Source of the DNA: Methanobacteriota archaeon
Lineage (GTDB): Archaea; Thermoplasmatota; Poseidoniia; Poseidoniales; Poseidoniaceae
Direction of reading: 5' to 3'
Assembly: GCA_002722135.1 (NCBI GenBank)
Contig: PBKJ01000027.1
Location: 6,968 to 70,967 of the forward strand
Length of the DNA stretch: 64,000 nucleotides
Made by a program: the position numbers and the translations under genes. Of the stretch, positions 38,563 to 48,500 are shown in pieces; the stretch's first letter is position 1; each line of letters opens with the position of its first letter. Below the pieces are notes generated by a model. The model did no database searches. It was not told the DNA's origin and saw only the letters and a list, made by a program, of their open reading frames with translations.

Positions 38563-39722
38563 GCGACCACCTCCGCGAGCCGGCTTTGTTTTGGATGAAT
38601 GGCCCCATCTTTGCAAATGAGCACGCCACCCATGCCGGGAACGTGGAAATCGCTTCCATCAGGAGCACCGACGAGGATGTCATCTTCTTCGGACACCACC
38701 ACCTCGCCTTCGCTGACCAACGAACACATGAACGTGGTCAGGTTGTTCGAGTAGAGCATCGAGGCCGTGGTCGCCAAGGTGCCTGGAAGGTTGCTCGTGC
38801 CCACGACAATGACGCCGTTGTCCGTGGTCACGACATCACCGGCGACGGTGGACTCACAGTTCCCACCGACATCGGCGTTCATGTCAACAATCACCGAACC
38901 TCGCTTGAAGTTCGCAACTGCAGAAGCGGGAACGGTGATGGGGGCCGGTCGGCCAAAGATGCGTGCCGTTGTGATCACGATGTCGGCATCCGCGGCCACA
39001 CCGCAGACCGTGTCGTTGACCTTCTGAATGAATTCAGGGGTGAGCGGCTTTGCGTACCCGGATGCGTCTTCGAAGTCGTCCATGCCGTCGACTTCGATGA
39101 ACCGACCTCCGACGGACTCAATCTGCTCTGCGGCTGACTTGCGCACGTCAGAGGCATACACAACAGCACCGAGCCGCTTGGCGGTCGCGATGGCTTGGAG
39201 GCCGGCTACGCCGGACCCCATCACGACGACTTTTGCGGGACGGACGGTCCCGGCTGACGTGGTCATCATGGGGATGCCCTTTGGCACGTGAGCAGCGCCG
39301 AGGAGGACGGCTTTGTATCCCGCAAGGTTGTCTTGGCTTGAGTTCACGTCCATCGACTGTGCGCGCGAGAGCCTGCGTGGAATCATGTCCATGGACATGA
39401 GGGTCACGCCTGCGTCCATGCAGGCCTTGACGCGGTCTGGATGACGGAAGGGGTCCGCAACACAGACCACATTCGTACCCGCTGCAAGCCCATCGATGCC
39501 CGGGAATCCAACGGCGAGGATGTGCGGACATGCGAGCACCTCATCGCGGCTACCGATGCTCGCACCGGCGTCGATGTAGGCCTGATCGTCGTGGCTTGAT
39601 GCAAGCCCAGCACCGCTCTCCACGACGACCTCAAAGCCTGCCTTGGTCAGTTTACGTAGGCTCGACGGCACAATGGCCACACGTGTTTCTTGGTCCGATT
39701 CTTTGACGACACCAATGCGCAT
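38559..39722 (-). CDS. pntAA: NAD(P) transhydrogenase subunit alpha part 1
   Basis: ETRVA, SRAQSMD..SSQ.NLAGYKAV, GVAGLQAIATAKRLGA, GGNC; GGAGGTG SD upstream. Confidence 0.95.
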   Translation of the reverse strand: MRIGVVKESDQETRVAIVPSSLRKLTKAGFEVVVESGAGLASSHDDQAYIDAGASIGSRDEVLACPHILAVGFPGIDGLAAGTNVVCVADPFRHPDRVKACMDAGVTLMSMDMIPRRLSRAQSMDVNSSQDNLAGYKAVLLGAAHVPKGIPMMTTSAGTVRPAKVVVMGSGVAGLQAIATAKRLGAVVYASDVRKSAAEQIESVGGRFIEVDGMDDFEDASGYAKPLTPEFIQKVNDTVCGVAADADIVITTARIFGRPAPITVPASAVANFKRGSVIVDMNADVGGNCESTVAGDVVTTDNGVIVVGTSNLPGTLATTASMLYSNNLTTFMCSLVSEGEVVVSEEDDILVGAPDGSDFHVPGMGGVLICKDGAIHPKQSRLAEVVA

Positions 39723-39852
39723 TTGGAGCACCTCCGCTGGAGCGGTGATTCAACCCAACGGAAGCGGGTTCTTCAACACCACGGAACGCGCTTGAGGTGT
39801 CGTGACCGCGACTTTATGGGTCGTGTCCCGAACGGTGGTTTAGGTCGAGCAC

Positions 39853-40791
39853 ATGGCGAACGGGCGAAGGAAAATTGCGGTCATTGGAGCAGGAAATGTT
39901 GGAGCGACGTGCGCCTTCGTTCTTGCACAGATGAAAATCGCCGATATCGTGCTGCTTGACATCTTCGAAGGCTTCGCGAAGGGAAAGGCTCTGGACATGT
40001 CAGAGAACGCTACCGTGCTCAACTACGACGGACGCATCACCGGCACCGCATCCTACGAAGACATCGCCGGCTCTGACGTGGTGGTCGTCACGTCTGGCTT
40101 CCCTCGCAAGCCGGGGATGACCCGTGAGGATCTCATCGGGAAGAACGCAGACATCATCAGCCAGGTGGGTGCGGGCATTCGCGACCATGCACCCGATGCC
40201 GTGGTCATCGTGGTCACCAACCCTCTGGACCTCATGACGTACCACATGCAGAAGGTCACAGGATTCCCCCACGAGCGCGTGATTGGCCAAGCCGGCGTTT
40301 TGGATTCTGCTCGAATGGCTCACTTCATCGCGCTCGAATTGAACTGTGCGGAGGAGGACGTTTCCCCCATGGTGCTCGGTGGCCACGGCGACACCATGGT
40401 TCCACTGCCACGCTACACCACCGTGGGTGGCATCCCGATCACCCAACTGATGCCGGAAGACAGGATCGCCGCGATTTCCGAGCGCACGGCGAAGGGCGGC
40501 GGTGAAATTGTCGCCCTCCTGGAAAAAGGCTCAGCCTTCTACGCGCCTGGGTCCGCTGCGGCCATCATGGCCGAAGCCGTGCTCAACGACCGTCGTCGCC
40601 TCATTCCTGCCTCATGCCATCTGACCGGCCAGTACGGGCTCGACAACGTCTACATCGGCGTGCCGTGCATCGTCGGTGCCAACGGTGTTGAGCAGATCTT
40701 TGAGCTCGACTTGCTCGACCATGAACTGGAATCCTTGCAAACATCAGGAAATTTCTACAAGGGTCAGCTGACCGATGTGTTGGGTTACTGA
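39853..40791 (+). CDS. mdh: Malate dehydrogenase (LDH-like)
   Basis: GAGNVG, PRKPGMTREDL, TNPLD, AGVLDSAR, GGHGDTMVP, GSAFYAP. Confidence 0.95.
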   Translation: MANGRRKIAVIGAGNVGATCAFVLAQMKIADIVLLDIFEGFAKGKALDMSENATVLNYDGRITGTASYEDIAGSDVVVVTSGFPRKPGMTREDLIGKNADIISQVGAGIRDHAPDAVVIVVTNPLDLMTYHMQKVTGFPHERVIGQAGVLDSARMAHFIALELNCAEEDVSPMVLGGHGDTMVPLPRYTTVGGIPITQLMPEDRIAAISERTAKGGGEIVALLEKGSAFYAPGSAAAIMAEAVLNDRRRLIPASCHLTGQYGLDNVYIGVPCIVGANGVEQIFELDLLDHELESLQTSGNFYKGQLTDVLGY

Positions 40792-41498
40792 ACCTCACGT
40801 GTGCGGACGATGGCCAGGGACCTCCCTTCGTGTGAGGTTGTGATGCGGTCCTCCGGAAGGTCCTCGGTTGACCCCTGGACCAAAACCCAACCTGTTTTTC
40901 CCCTGCTTCGCATGCGTGTCAGGACTTCTTGGCCGAGGTAGCACCCTTTGTTTTCATGCACCAAGGATTCCAATCCGCATGCGTAGGGGTGGTGCTTCGA
41001 CGTGATTTCGAACCCCACCTCCGGCCACCGGTTGGCGACCCGCCACGCGGTCCACGCATCGGGGTTTTGCGCATGAGCCACTTTGCTTGATCCAGCGACA
41101 ACCAAGATGGTCAAGTCGTCATGAACACGCGCGCTGGTGACCCCTTCCTCCGTGTACCATGTCCCAGAGGGTGGTCCACGTGATCCCGTGCGGTACACCA
41201 CGTGATTCCTGTCGCTCAAATCCAGCATGGCCACGTCTTGACCAAGTTGTCGTGGCGTCAGGTGGTCGAGCAGGGCCTGCCAGCGTTCACGGTGAACCAA
41301 GAGCACAATGCCCTCTTCCCGGACCATCACCGTGGCGACCGCGATTACCTTCGCCGCCCGATCGGTGAACACGGTCCGTAATGCCGTGCCGGGAGTGTTC
41401 GGGATGTGATTGGTGCTCAGGCCATCAATGAACGAAACGGCATCACGGCCTCGTACGAAAAGGACGCCAACATCGGGGCGGAAATGGCTGAATGACAT
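40785..41498 (-). CDS. ygfZ: YgfZ/Iba57 family protein
   Basis: VRGRDA..FIDGLSTN and signature KGCYLGQE. Confidence 0.85.
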   Translation of the reverse strand: MSFSHFRPDVGVLFVRGRDAVSFIDGLSTNHIPNTPGTALRTVFTDRAAKVIAVATVMVREEGIVLLVHRERWQALLDHLTPRQLGQDVAMLDLSDRNHVVYRTGSRGPPSGTWYTEEGVTSARVHDDLTILVVAGSSKVAHAQNPDAWTAWRVANRWPEVGFEITSKHHPYACGLESLVHENKGCYLGQEVLTRMRSRGKTGWVLVQGSTEDLPEDRITTSHEGRSLAIVRTREVQ

Positions 41499-41504
41499 CC
41501 TGAA

Positions 41505-41885
41505 TCAGCCGAAGGATTCGCCACAGCCGCATGTGCTTCCTGCATTTGGATTGTTGATCTTGAACCCGCCACCCATCAACCGGTCTTCGTAATCGATTTC
41601 GATGCCGTCCAAGAGGTGGCTCGATGCATTGGGGACCTGGACGTTGATGCCCATGATCTCCAAGCTCTGGCAGTCAGGTTCCGATCCCTCGATGATTTGC
41701 AGGTCGTACATGTAGCCCGAGCAACCGCCAGAAAGGACGCCCACGAGAAGCGATTGCCCCTCAGTGTCGCCAAAAGCATCACTCAGCATGGCGCGTGCTT
41801 TGTCGGTGATGGTGAGGCTGACGTTGACGGGGGCCGGGGCCTCCACAACAACGGCGGGCGCTGAGTCACACGTTCCACAGTCCAT
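41505..41885 (-). CDS. A-type Fe-S carrier (HesB/IscA/SufA family)
   Basis: GGCSG, IDY...LMGGGF.INNPNA..TCGCGESF; start MDCGTC has a TTGATG box about 27 nt upstream. Confidence 0.92.
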   Translation of the reverse strand: MDCGTCDSAPAVVVEAPAPVNVSLTITDKARAMLSDAFGDTEGQSLLVGVLSGGCSGYMYDLQIIEGSEPDCQSLEIMGINVQVPNASSHLLDGIEIDYEDRLMGGGFKINNPNAGSTCGCGESFG

Positions 41886-41923
41886 GGTGGGGCCAAACGG
41901 TCCTCGTTCATCAACCTGTGGCG

Positions 41924-44062
41924 TCAACGGCGTTTCGCCGCACGCTTTTCCTTCTCCTTGCGAAGGATCTTGCAACGTCGAATTTGCTCTTTTGCAAGCG
42001 CTATTTCATCTGGGGTCAACCCACGGGATTCGCCTTGTTCGAAGCACTTGATGGCGTCATCGTAGCGCTCCATTTCAGCGTAGGCAACGCCCATGTTGTA
42101 GAGGGTCTGGCCTCGAACTTGTGCCGGTCGAATCATCATCGCTTGGTAGTAGGCGTCCACGCACTTCGGATAGTCTTCCATGTAGTAGTAGCAATTGCCT
42201 CTCGCGTTGAGCACGAGGATCACTTTCTCTTCATCATCGGCCAACAAACTCAGTGATTTGTCGAAACATGAGAGCGCCTCGCGGTATTTCTTGTCCTCAA
42301 GGAGTTGTGTGCCACGATTAAACCACTCTCGGCCTTGTTGTGCATCCTGCTCCGGCGTAGTGGTCCTTGACGGAGCGGCGATGTTTGAGGTGGCCTCCAA
42401 TGCGGCGGCAGCAAGGTCCACCTCTGGGTTCAGTGTTGGCTCAGTTTGCATTGGCTCGGGGACGGGCGCCGCGAGCAGCAAGGATGCGGCAGAGTCAATG
42501 TCTTCCGACGCTTCATTTTCGGTTGAGCTTTGGAATTCTGGTGCGGGGGTCAGATCGATGACCCCGGGCGTCGCTGCATCTTCGGTCGATGGCTCGTCGG
42601 CCACTGGCGTCATGCTCTGCTCCGTGCTTGAGGTCGTCATCTGTTGGGCTCGTGCATGGCACTTTGCGGCTTTCTCCAATTCGCCCGCCGCTTCGAGGGC
42701 TCTGGCCATCCCGGTCCAAGCGGACCCGTCCGCACTGTCCTTCGTCACTTCTGCCTTCCACAAGCCGATGGCTTCGAGGTGCTGAAGTTGCAAACTGTGG
42801 GCCCGGGCCCTCAGCCGAGGAGCGTCGTTGGCCAAGAGCAGAATGACTTGCGCACCGAGTTCTGGGGCTTCTGGTAGCGTCGGTGGCTGGTCCGGGAGGT
42901 GCTCGAGGGCCGTCACTTCCCCTTCGCCAAGGTCGAGCATCCATGCAGCCAACGCAACGCGGTCATCTGTCTGCGCCTCCGGTCCAAGTCGCGTCATGGC
43001 TTCTTCGAACCACACATCTGGATGTTCATTTCGGCTCAACAGGGGCCAGCGTCGCGCAGCGACTTCGTCGCTAGCACCGCATTCGAGGGCCTTCGTGTAG
43101 GCTTCGATGGCGGCATTGGTTTCTCCCTTTGCAGCGTGCACGTCACCCACCAGCACCCAACCTTCAGGGCGTTGGTCATCGATGCGGATGCTGTGTTGCG
43201 CTGCGCCAAGCGCGTGATCCTCCAGGTTCAATCGATGCATGGCGGTCGCTGCCGTAATCCACGCCTCGATGTCTTCTGCACCGTCCGTTCTGAGTCGATC
43301 TCGCAGCAGCCCGATGGCGGCTTTCGGATGACCGGCGTCGAGTTCACCCTTCGCTTGGTTGACGAGATCCTCCAGCGTTGGCTGATGGTGTTCAGGTTCT
43401 GCGACGATGGGTGGTGCTTCAACCGGTGAAGGCGTAGCGTCCGCATCGTCCTCCACCATGGTTTCCTGCACGTGTTGTTGAGCGGCGACCACGCTCGCAG
43501 CCCGCTCCAGCTCTTCCTGGTCGAGGACTCCGTCACCGTCCGTGTCGTGGTGCGACGATTCTTCCAGCACAGCTTGGGCGTCCGTCACGCCCGCTTTGTC
43601 CATGGCCTTCGTGAGATGTTCATCTTCCCACGTCGCGGTGGGTGTCGGACGCTGGACAGGCAAGTCTGGCTCCACGGTTTGCCCGGTCTGACAGCGTCGT
43701 CGAATGTCGAGCAGTTCCGGGTGATCTGGGTAGTGGGTCAACGCCCTGGTCGCCATTGCGCCGGCACCTTCGGCATCGCCCATCCGCTCCAGCAACACGG
43801 CCAAGTTCGCCGTGGCTGGTGCATGGTCCGGTTCAAGGTCCAAACAAATCGTAAACGACTGCTTTGCTCCCTTTGCATCCCTTTGGCCCTCGAGCAGCAC
43901 GCCTCGGTTGTACCATGCCATGGAACTTGAGGGGTCCATCGCGATGGCCCGGTTGAAGCGGTCGAGGGCCTCACCGTATTTCCTGCCACGGGACAAGGCT
44001 TCGCCTTCCCTCAACAAATCGCTGACGTCGGGCGCTTCAACGACCACTTCAGACTCCGTCAT
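41924..44062 (-). CDS. Tetratricopeptide repeat protein with an EF-hand-like loop
   Basis: AWYNRG, WFNRG, LYNMG TPR units; DTDGDGVLDQEE. Confidence 0.85.
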   Translation of the reverse strand: MTESEVVVEAPDVSDLLREGEALSRGRKYGEALDRFNRAIAMDPSSSMAWYNRGVLLEGQRDAKGAKQSFTICLDLEPDHAPATANLAVLLERMGDAEGAGAMATRALTHYPDHPELLDIRRRCQTGQTVEPDLPVQRPTPTATWEDEHLTKAMDKAGVTDAQAVLEESSHHDTDGDGVLDQEELERAASVVAAQQHVQETMVEDDADATPSPVEAPPIVAEPEHHQPTLEDLVNQAKGELDAGHPKAAIGLLRDRLRTDGAEDIEAWITAATAMHRLNLEDHALGAAQHSIRIDDQRPEGWVLVGDVHAAKGETNAAIEAYTKALECGASDEVAARRWPLLSRNEHPDVWFEEAMTRLGPEAQTDDRVALAAWMLDLGEGEVTALEHLPDQPPTLPEAPELGAQVILLLANDAPRLRARAHSLQLQHLEAIGLWKAEVTKDSADGSAWTGMARALEAAGELEKAAKCHARAQQMTTSSTEQSMTPVADEPSTEDAATPGVIDLTPAPEFQSSTENEASEDIDSAASLLLAAPVPEPMQTEPTLNPEVDLAAAALEATSNIAAPSRTTTPEQDAQQGREWFNRGTQLLEDKKYREALSCFDKSLSLLADDEEKVILVLNARGNCYYYMEDYPKCVDAYYQAMMIRPAQVRGQTLYNMGVAYAEMERYDDAIKCFEQGESRGLTPDEIALAKEQIRRCKILRKEKEKRAAKRR

Positions 44063-44131
44063 CGTGTGCTTCCTGTTCGTTCCGAGGATAAGGATTGTTG
44101 CTTTGTGGTCGAGTCGGAGGGTTCCTCAATC

Positions 44132-44881
44132 ATGGCCCTATCCGCAAGCATGGTCGAACTGCCCGGGCCGCATGGTCTGTATTTCATCGACCTTCTCCCG
44201 GGCGATTATCTCCGCGGTTGTCCGCCCTCGCAGGGCCGTCGTGACGAGGGCCCACCCAAGCCGTGCGCGATCCATGAACCATACGCGCTGAGCGCAAGGC
44301 CGGTCACTCAGCAGCAATGGGAACTGGTCATGGGGCACAATCCGTCAAAGTTTACCGACGGCTGGACGGCCGGCCTTCGGCCTGTCGACTCCGTATCGCG
44401 GGACGATGTCGCTTCATTTGTTGCCCGTCTCAACGCAGCAACGGCAGGCATGTTGGGTGACCGGAAAGGGGAATACCGCCTCCCAAGCGAGGCCGAGTGG
44501 GAATATGCCGCACGGGCAGGAACCCAAGGCCGGTGGTGGTTCGGAGATGCAGACACAGATCTTGACGGCTATGCATGGCATGCAGGAAACGCCGGCGGCG
44601 TCACCCGTGAAGTCGGGCAAAAGGGTGCGAACCCTTGGGGGTTCCAAGACATGGCAGGAAACGTTGCTGAGTGGTGTGCAGACGGTTATGCTCCCTCTCT
44701 TGACGAACGCCACGGCCGACAAGCACCGGTGTTGACATCGGATGAGCGCGGTGTTTTGCGCGGAGGTGCATGGTACATGGAATCAGATTCCACACGTTGC
44801 GCATCCCGGCACAGCGCCTCTCCATCTGCCCGCAAGGACGGTTTTGGTTTCCGTTTGGCATGGCAACCTCATGACCACTGA
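44132..44881 (+). CDS. FGE-sulfatase (SUMF1/EgtB/PvdO fold) family protein
   Basis: PVTQ.QW, YRLPSEAEWEYAARAG, NPWG.QDMAGNV.EW, RGGAW, GFRL. Confidence 0.9.
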   Translation: MALSASMVELPGPHGLYFIDLLPGDYLRGCPPSQGRRDEGPPKPCAIHEPYALSARPVTQQQWELVMGHNPSKFTDGWTAGLRPVDSVSRDDVASFVARLNAATAGMLGDRKGEYRLPSEAEWEYAARAGTQGRWWFGDADTDLDGYAWHAGNAGGVTREVGQKGANPWGFQDMAGNVAEWCADGYAPSLDERHGRQAPVLTSDERGVLRGGAWYMESDSTRCASRHSASPSARKDGFGFRLAWQPHDH

Positions 44882-45354
44882 TCCATGTCCGCTTCTCGTC
44901 GTTCGAGGTTCTGTTCAGGCGGCACGGCGCCCGGTTCGGTTGACCACGGGACATCTCCTGAGCTTGGGAGGAGTTTCATCACGCCGAGCGCAACAAAGCC
45001 ACGGATGGCGGCTGTGCTGCGTTCGACCACGGGTGTGGCTTCCTCTTCGTATGCGGCGTTGAGGTGGTGAACGATGGTCTGGAAGTCACGCGTTCCGTCC
45101 GACAACTCCCAAATCAGGCTGTTCATCGGATCGAGCGGCCTCCTCACTTCATTCGGGGCTCTGAGAATCTTCGCAAGGAGACGCTCAAATCGATTGAATC
45201 GCTTCTCGATCCTGAGCACGACGTTGCGGCCTGTGTGCACCTCGACATCACATCGTTTTCCAACGTCCCCTTTCCATCCCCACCAAACGGGTGTTCGTAC
45301 GGGGTGGAGTCCGTTCAACGGATGCTCCTCAGGAACGACCACGTCGACCGTCAT
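44869..45354 (-). CDS. PqqD-like (RRE-fold) protein
   Basis: LDPMNSLIWELSDGTRDFQTIVHHLNAAY..ERSTAAIRGFVALG matches the PqqD wHTH pattern; start at MTVDVV. Confidence 0.65.
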   Translation of the reverse strand: MTVDVVVPEEHPLNGLHPVRTPVWWGWKGDVGKRCDVEVHTGRNVVLRIEKRFNRFERLLAKILRAPNEVRRPLDPMNSLIWELSDGTRDFQTIVHHLNAAYEEEATPVVERSTAAIRGFVALGVMKLLPSSGDVPWSTEPGAVPPEQNLERREADMDQWS

Positions 45355-45518
45355 GGCTTCCACGTCCAATAGAGCAGTGCAAGCATGGACACGATTCCAG
45401 CGGCCGCAGAAAGTCGAACCAACCCCCGCCGGCCCTCGAGACGGTCCAACCACCAGGTCAGGGTACCAAAGACACCCACCGAGGTCATCAGAAAAGCCCA
45501 TGTCGTTTCTTCAGACAT
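45351..45518 (-). CDS. Small two-TM protein, 55 aa (not in ORF track)
   Basis: MSEETTWAFLMTSVGVFGTLTWWLDRLEGRRGLVRLSAAAGIVSMLALLYWTWKP; fills the intergenic gap and has an ATGA overlap with the PqqD-like gene. Confidence 0.6.
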   Translation of the reverse strand: MSEETTWAFLMTSVGVFGTLTWWLDRLEGRRGLVRLSAAAGIVSMLALLYWTWKP

Positions 45519-45533
45519 TGCAGGGACTCCAGT

Positions 45534-48500
45534 TCACTGGTTGTCGGGTTGTTGCTGTGCCAGCCATTGCGGGCCGTAATGCTCCCACTGCTCCATCGTC
45601 CAGCCTTCTGGCAAACCCGTTTCTGGGAGCGGTGGTCCACGATGTTGCTGCACAGGGTGTTCTGCATGCACCGTTTGCGCGACGGTTGCAGGTGGGCCGG
45701 ACGCAGACACAGGAGGGCCGGACGGCGTTGGTTCGGACCCATCCTCCCCGAGGTGTTGGTCATGCTTCCGACGCATCAGGAGTACGGTAATACCGGCTGC
45801 CAAGAGGAGGAGGCCTCCACCGCCAAACGCGATCACGGTTCCATTGAATCCTTCAGGTTCCACAGGCTCCTCCCATGAAAGCGTGGTGGGCGTTGTGACG
45901 AGTTCGACCCCGTCATCCGTCACGACGGTGACAGCAATCTCGCCCATGGCTGGCCCGCCATTTTGGACGACGGTGCACCCGATGTTCCGCTCGACCGTCA
46001 CGATGTGCCCCGCTTCAAGGCTCACGTATGCGGCAGTTTCAGGCCCCAGTGCGCCAATTCCATCGCAGACCACAGCCCATTCAGGTGGATACGAGAAGGT
46101 CATCGAGAGGTTCTCCTCAAACGAGGAAGATGATGCGTATTCAACCGTAAGCTGATGCGATCCTCCGAGGGCTGCTTGTGCGTTGGGAACAATCCAATTC
46201 ACACCCACCTCGCGGCGCTGATCCACTTCGACCAGATGACTCATCTCGAGGGTATACGGCCGGTTTTCATCGTCGAGTCCGCCCTGGACCTTCACTTCGA
46301 CCACGATTCTTGTGCCAAGGGGAGCGGCAGCTGGCACCTGAAGGTCCAGCTGGAAGGTGCGTTCACTTCCGGTTCCTAATCCGATCACGTGGGGTGTATC
46401 AAGGGCCAAGCCTGAACCGTCGTCAATGCTGAGGAAAGTCACCATCTCCGTCAAATCCTGGGTGGACCGAACGGTGACTTCGATGAACACGTCCGAATCA
46501 GGCGCATTCCCCAAATTCATCACCGTTCCGTTGATTGAAACGGTGTCACCTGCTCTCACGGCCGTCATGGTGCTCTCGAGTTCCAATCCGGGTTTTCTCA
46601 CAGGCAGCACCAGCACCTCGAAGTCGTGACGGCTCTGTTCTTCGCTCCCGTCCAAGGCCTGAAGGCCAAGAGTGACCGGCGAACCAGCGGGCGCGTTCGT
46701 TGGAGCAAGGAGCATCAGTTCCAGCGACAAGGGTTGGTCGGCATGTTGCAGTGTGGTCAACTGAACCGGCATGGAGATGTTCTCCTCGTTCACGCGCCAC
46801 CATGTGCTCCACGATGAGGGCAATCCATCGACGATCAGATCAAGGTCCACGTCAGCGTTCCCGAGGTTCGTCACGTTGACGTGAACGCCCGTCGCCACCC
46901 CTGGCATCAGGCGCAACATCTCCACATCTGCCGTCATGTCAATCTCGCGAACTTCGACCACGTCAGGCCCGACCCACCACGGCGATTGTACGGACATGCC
47001 ACTCCGATCCGATTCCATCACGAGTCGTACGTCTGGGGCAACGTCATTGGCCAGAAGGCCAGCAGGTGCCCGAAGCGTGATGGACACGCTGACCGTTGCA
47101 CCAGCCGTCATCACCGCAGATGTGCGGCTCAACGACTCAATCGTCCACTCCGTTGAATCGTCTGAGAGTTCAGCCGTAACGGACAATATATCTGGGCGGT
47201 CGGCCAAATTTTGGACGTCGACCGTCAGAACGGTCGTTGTGCCGGCCTCCACAGGGGTAAATCCGCTGGACAAGGTGAAGTCGAGTTCAGTCACCATCGA
47301 TGCCGCCACATCAACATCGATGGTGTCCGATCTGGTGGTGTCGTTTTGTGCGGTTGCTGTGAGGGTGGACGTGTGCACGGTGTCCGGTTGGGCTCCTGCC
47401 GGCACGGTCAGCAACAAGTCGATTTCCACTTCTTCGCCTGGTCGGACAAGCATGCTGGACGCTTGAGACCATGCGAAGGCGACATCCCAACCGGTTGGAA
47501 GGAGCGCGGTGTCAATCGACAGGTCAAACACGTCAGAGGCACCGCCTTGGTTTCCGAGTGTTACAACAAATGGGCAGGATTGTTGAGCGGGGCACGAAGG
47601 TCTCGATTCTGGTTCCTGCAGAACGGGCAAGCGGTCTGCCAAGACCGTGAAACCGACTGGCCCAGTCGCGTAGACGTCTGGGTGATCGGTGGTGGCGTTG
47701 AAGGTCATCGGGACCAGCCCAACCGTGGCGTTGGCGTCTGGCTTAATCCGGACAGAGACGTCCATCGATGTCCCGGGGAGGAGGTTGAATCCAGAGGCAG
47801 GAACTGAGCTTCCGTCCATGAACGTGGTGTATGTGTCCCACCCCGCTGGCAGGCCTTCCACGCCCGGAACGATGTCGGTTGAGATGTTGCCGTCGTTGAG
47901 GATTCGCAGATCAACGCTGCCCCATGCACCTGGTACGGCTCCCGTTGTTCCCAGTCCTTGGACCTGAACGCCATAGGCTTCGGACCGCGCGGCTTGGTCG
48001 TAGAGAATGACGACCTCGTCCATCCACAAGCCGATGTCCTGAACGCTCGCGTCCGTGTTGAGCGTCCACCGGAACGCTGAGTTCGCGTGGAGATGGCGTG
48101 CCGGTGCAAGTGGGATGACCGGGCTAACGTGACCGCCAGATTCGATGCTAAACGTGTTCCAACTCGCCCCGTCGGTCAGGAAATCCTGATCCACGGTGCC
48201 AGAGTATCCGATGAGCTCTTCCCATGCGCCGGTTGACGTTTTTGCCTCAACGGACACTCGATCAGGAGCCACAACGCTCCCGGTGTAAAAGAAACTGAGG
48301 CCCATCGTGCGGGTCCCAAACGTGAGGCCATCGGCAAAGTTGAGCGTCGGGCTGGTCAACCTCGAAATGGAGTTGGCGCTGTATGTGGACGCGTCACCGT
48401 TTCCAACGTGACACGAGGTGCCGAAAGAAATCGACGTATCTGTGCTGAGCGACCATTCACCGGTGGCCGTCCAATTTTGGAGCGTATCGCAGTTCCAATA

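Noticed and set aside
44132..44881. True formylglycine-generating enzyme
   Set aside because: Lacks the catalytic CxxxxC after RGG, and no sulfatase is nearby.
17319..45354. RiPP cluster formed by a radical SAM enzyme and the PqqD-like protein
   Set aside because: The radical SAM enzymes are MqnC-like and QueE, lack SPASM domains and are not adjacent to the PqqD-like gene.
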